From Naegleria gruberi (Eukaryota), in assembly GCA_000004985.1 (NCBI GenBank), contig GG738852.1: 64,000 nucleotides of DNA, one strand, 5' to 3'. How positions within the stretch are numbered: position 1 is the stretch's first letter; each line of letters opens with the position of its first letter. The position numbers and the translations under genes are program-made. The notes beneath the pieces were generated by a model that saw only the letters and a list, made by a program, of their open reading frames with translations, did no database searches and was not told the origin of the DNA. Below, one piece after another: positions 62,655 to 64,000 of the stretch.

Positions 62655-64000
62655 TTAGTTGTGAGAGGTGAATAATTTAATGAGTGGTTTTTTGGCAACC
62701 TTTCCCATAGCATTCTTTGGAATTTCCTCTCCCTCTGGTAAGACAATGAGACGAGTTGGTATCTTGTATTTGGCTAGGTCACGAGAGCAAAAATCTTGCA
62801 ATTCTTTCAATGTGAGTGTTTGACCTTTGTGAAGCGAGATGAGAGCACCAACTCTCTCACCATACTCCTCATCTGGTACTCCCAAAACAGCACATTCCTT
62901 AATCTTGCTCATATCGAGAATTACTCTTTCAATATCGAGAGCTGATATTTTGTATCCACCAGATTTAATAATATCAGAACTGAGTCTTCCACAAATTTTG
63001 TAATAACCCTCCTCATCGATTAATACTGAATCTCCTGTAATGAAATAGCCATCCTCTGTAAAAGCTTTTCTGGTTGCATCTGGTCTACCTAAATATTCTT
63101 TAAAAATACTTGGACCTTTGACTAATAATTCACCTGGCTCATTCGGTTTTGTAATTTCCTCCCTTGTGTCAAAGTCAACAATTTTAACTTGAACTGTGGG
63201 AAGTGGAAAGCCAACACAGCCCATCTTTCTCTTTTCCTTATCCATTGGGTTTGAAATAGCCATTAGAATTTCAGACATGCCAAATCTTTCCAATAAATTA
63301 TGATGCGATATTTTTTTCCATTTTGAATAGACTGAAGTTGGTAAGGCAGCACTTCCAGATACCATCAATCTCAATTTCTCAACTTGCTCAGTGTAGTGTT
63401 TTTGAGTTTTATGAGAAAGCTCATCATAGTAATGAATAAGTTTGACATAAATGGTTGGAACTGCCATGAACACATTAATATGTTTTTCGTCTGGTTTCTT
63501 GTCTGAATTGGTCAATTTCTTCCATACTTGTTCGGGATTGAACTTCAAAAACTCAATGGTAGCTGCACAATAGAGTGGGCAAGTAAGAGCATTGATTAAC
63601 CCATGAACGTGATGAAGCGGAAGTAAATGAAGGATCATATCCTTCTCAGTCCACTCCCATTCAGAACAGAGAATATTGGCTTGTGCCAATATATTTGAAA
63701 ATGTGAGTACAACAGCTTTTGGGTTTCCTGTTGTGCCTGATGTGTACACAATTAACTTGTATTCATTCGAATATTAATATTTTCCTTAAATAAATATTGA
63801 GCTACCTACAGATCCATTTTCCCTATCGTTTTGTTTCAAATCAATCACTTGAAGCTTTGAATTATCAATTGATTTGGTCAAGGAGTTATCATATTCTATA
63901 AATTTGATATGTTTCATTTCTTGAAATAAAGGTTCCAATGAACTCTTCTTTTCCTTTTGATAAATGACAACCTTACATTGGGAATCATCAATATAATATT
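62655..64000 (-). CDS. AMP-dependent synthetase/ligase (acyl-CoA synthetase family; ACSF3/malonyl-CoA-synthetase-like not excluded). It is 5'-partial: exon 1 runs from beyond the window end to 63810, intron 63809..63756 (54 nt, GTAGGT..ACAAG), and the final exon is 63755..62655.
   Basis: The exon join gives ...NDRENGS|LIVYTSGTTGNPKAV (AMP-binding motif I). Downstream are YGMSE, TGD and the hinge ...GRLSSDIIKSGGYKISALDIE, then a Lys-containing C-terminal domain. The upstream frame stays open to position 64000. Confidence 0.78.

Noticed and set aside
1-64000. Prokaryotic-style interpretation (operons, defence islands, CRISPR arrays, integrases).
   Set aside because: The sequence shows spliceosomal introns with phase-compatible junctions and eukaryote-only gene products (dynein intermediate chain, FANCI, Rpb4, EPC, INTS14, RGS, FOP). 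There are no Shine-Dalgarno-spaced gene arrays, no direct repeat/spacer arrays and no transposase or RT ORFs.

Overview
This window is nuclear DNA from a compact, AT-rich (about 63-65% AT) unicellular eukaryote. It is not prokaryotic. It holds about 31 protein-coding genes in 64 kb on both strands. Most genes are single-exon or carry one to three very short spliceosomal introns (38-98 nt, GT..AG, donors GTAAGT/GTATGT/GTAGGT). Intergenic spacers are small; several convergent gene pairs have stop codons less than 40 bp apart. Standard genetic code is used (TAA, TGA and TAG stops all occur). Many proteins carry Asn/Gln/Ser/His-rich low-complexity tracts.

Recognisable products:
- gamma-glutamyltranspeptidase
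- a PMCA-like P-type ATPase with every catalytic motif degenerated (candidate pseudo-enzyme)
- FANCI
- 3-hydroxyacyl-CoA dehydratase (HACD/PHS1)
- an LRR protein
- a Myb/SANT protein
- an INTS14-like VWA protein
- ETHE1 persulfide dioxygenase
- a large type-I membrane protein with cytoplasmic B-box-like zinc fingers
- an axonemal dynein intermediate chain
- a GATOR2 WDR24-like WD40-RING protein
- an ankyrin-repeat/acid-lipase fusion
- an RGS protein
- a TenA-ThiD thiamine-salvage fusion
- RNA polymerase II Rpb4
- Enhancer-of-Polycomb
- SUV3 mitochondrial helicase
- the FOP/FGFR1OP centrosomal protein
- two LYR-motif proteins
- a LOG-family hydrolase
- Erg28
- cob(I)alamin adenosyltransferase (MMAB)
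- an AMP-dependent acyl-CoA synthetase, 5'-partial at the window end

One tRNA-Ala(AGC)-like element that lacks a T-arm lies in a spacer. The flagellar and centrosomal genes (dynein intermediate chain, FOP), the mitochondrial genes, the tiny introns and the gene density together suggest a flagellated protist, perhaps a heterolobosean amoeboflagellate or a zoosporic lineage; this taxonomic call is inference only. No CRISPR arrays, prokaryotic operons or obvious transposons are present.

Hand-derived splice coordinates may be off by 1-2 nt. Note on ORF starts: the supplied ORF track shows 'M' where the DNA start codon is TTG (seen at 60, 342, 693, 2566, 15186, 20199, 25686, 56110), so true starts were re-derived from the first ATG or from splice models. 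Products named are recalled from family knowledge, not checked against a database.
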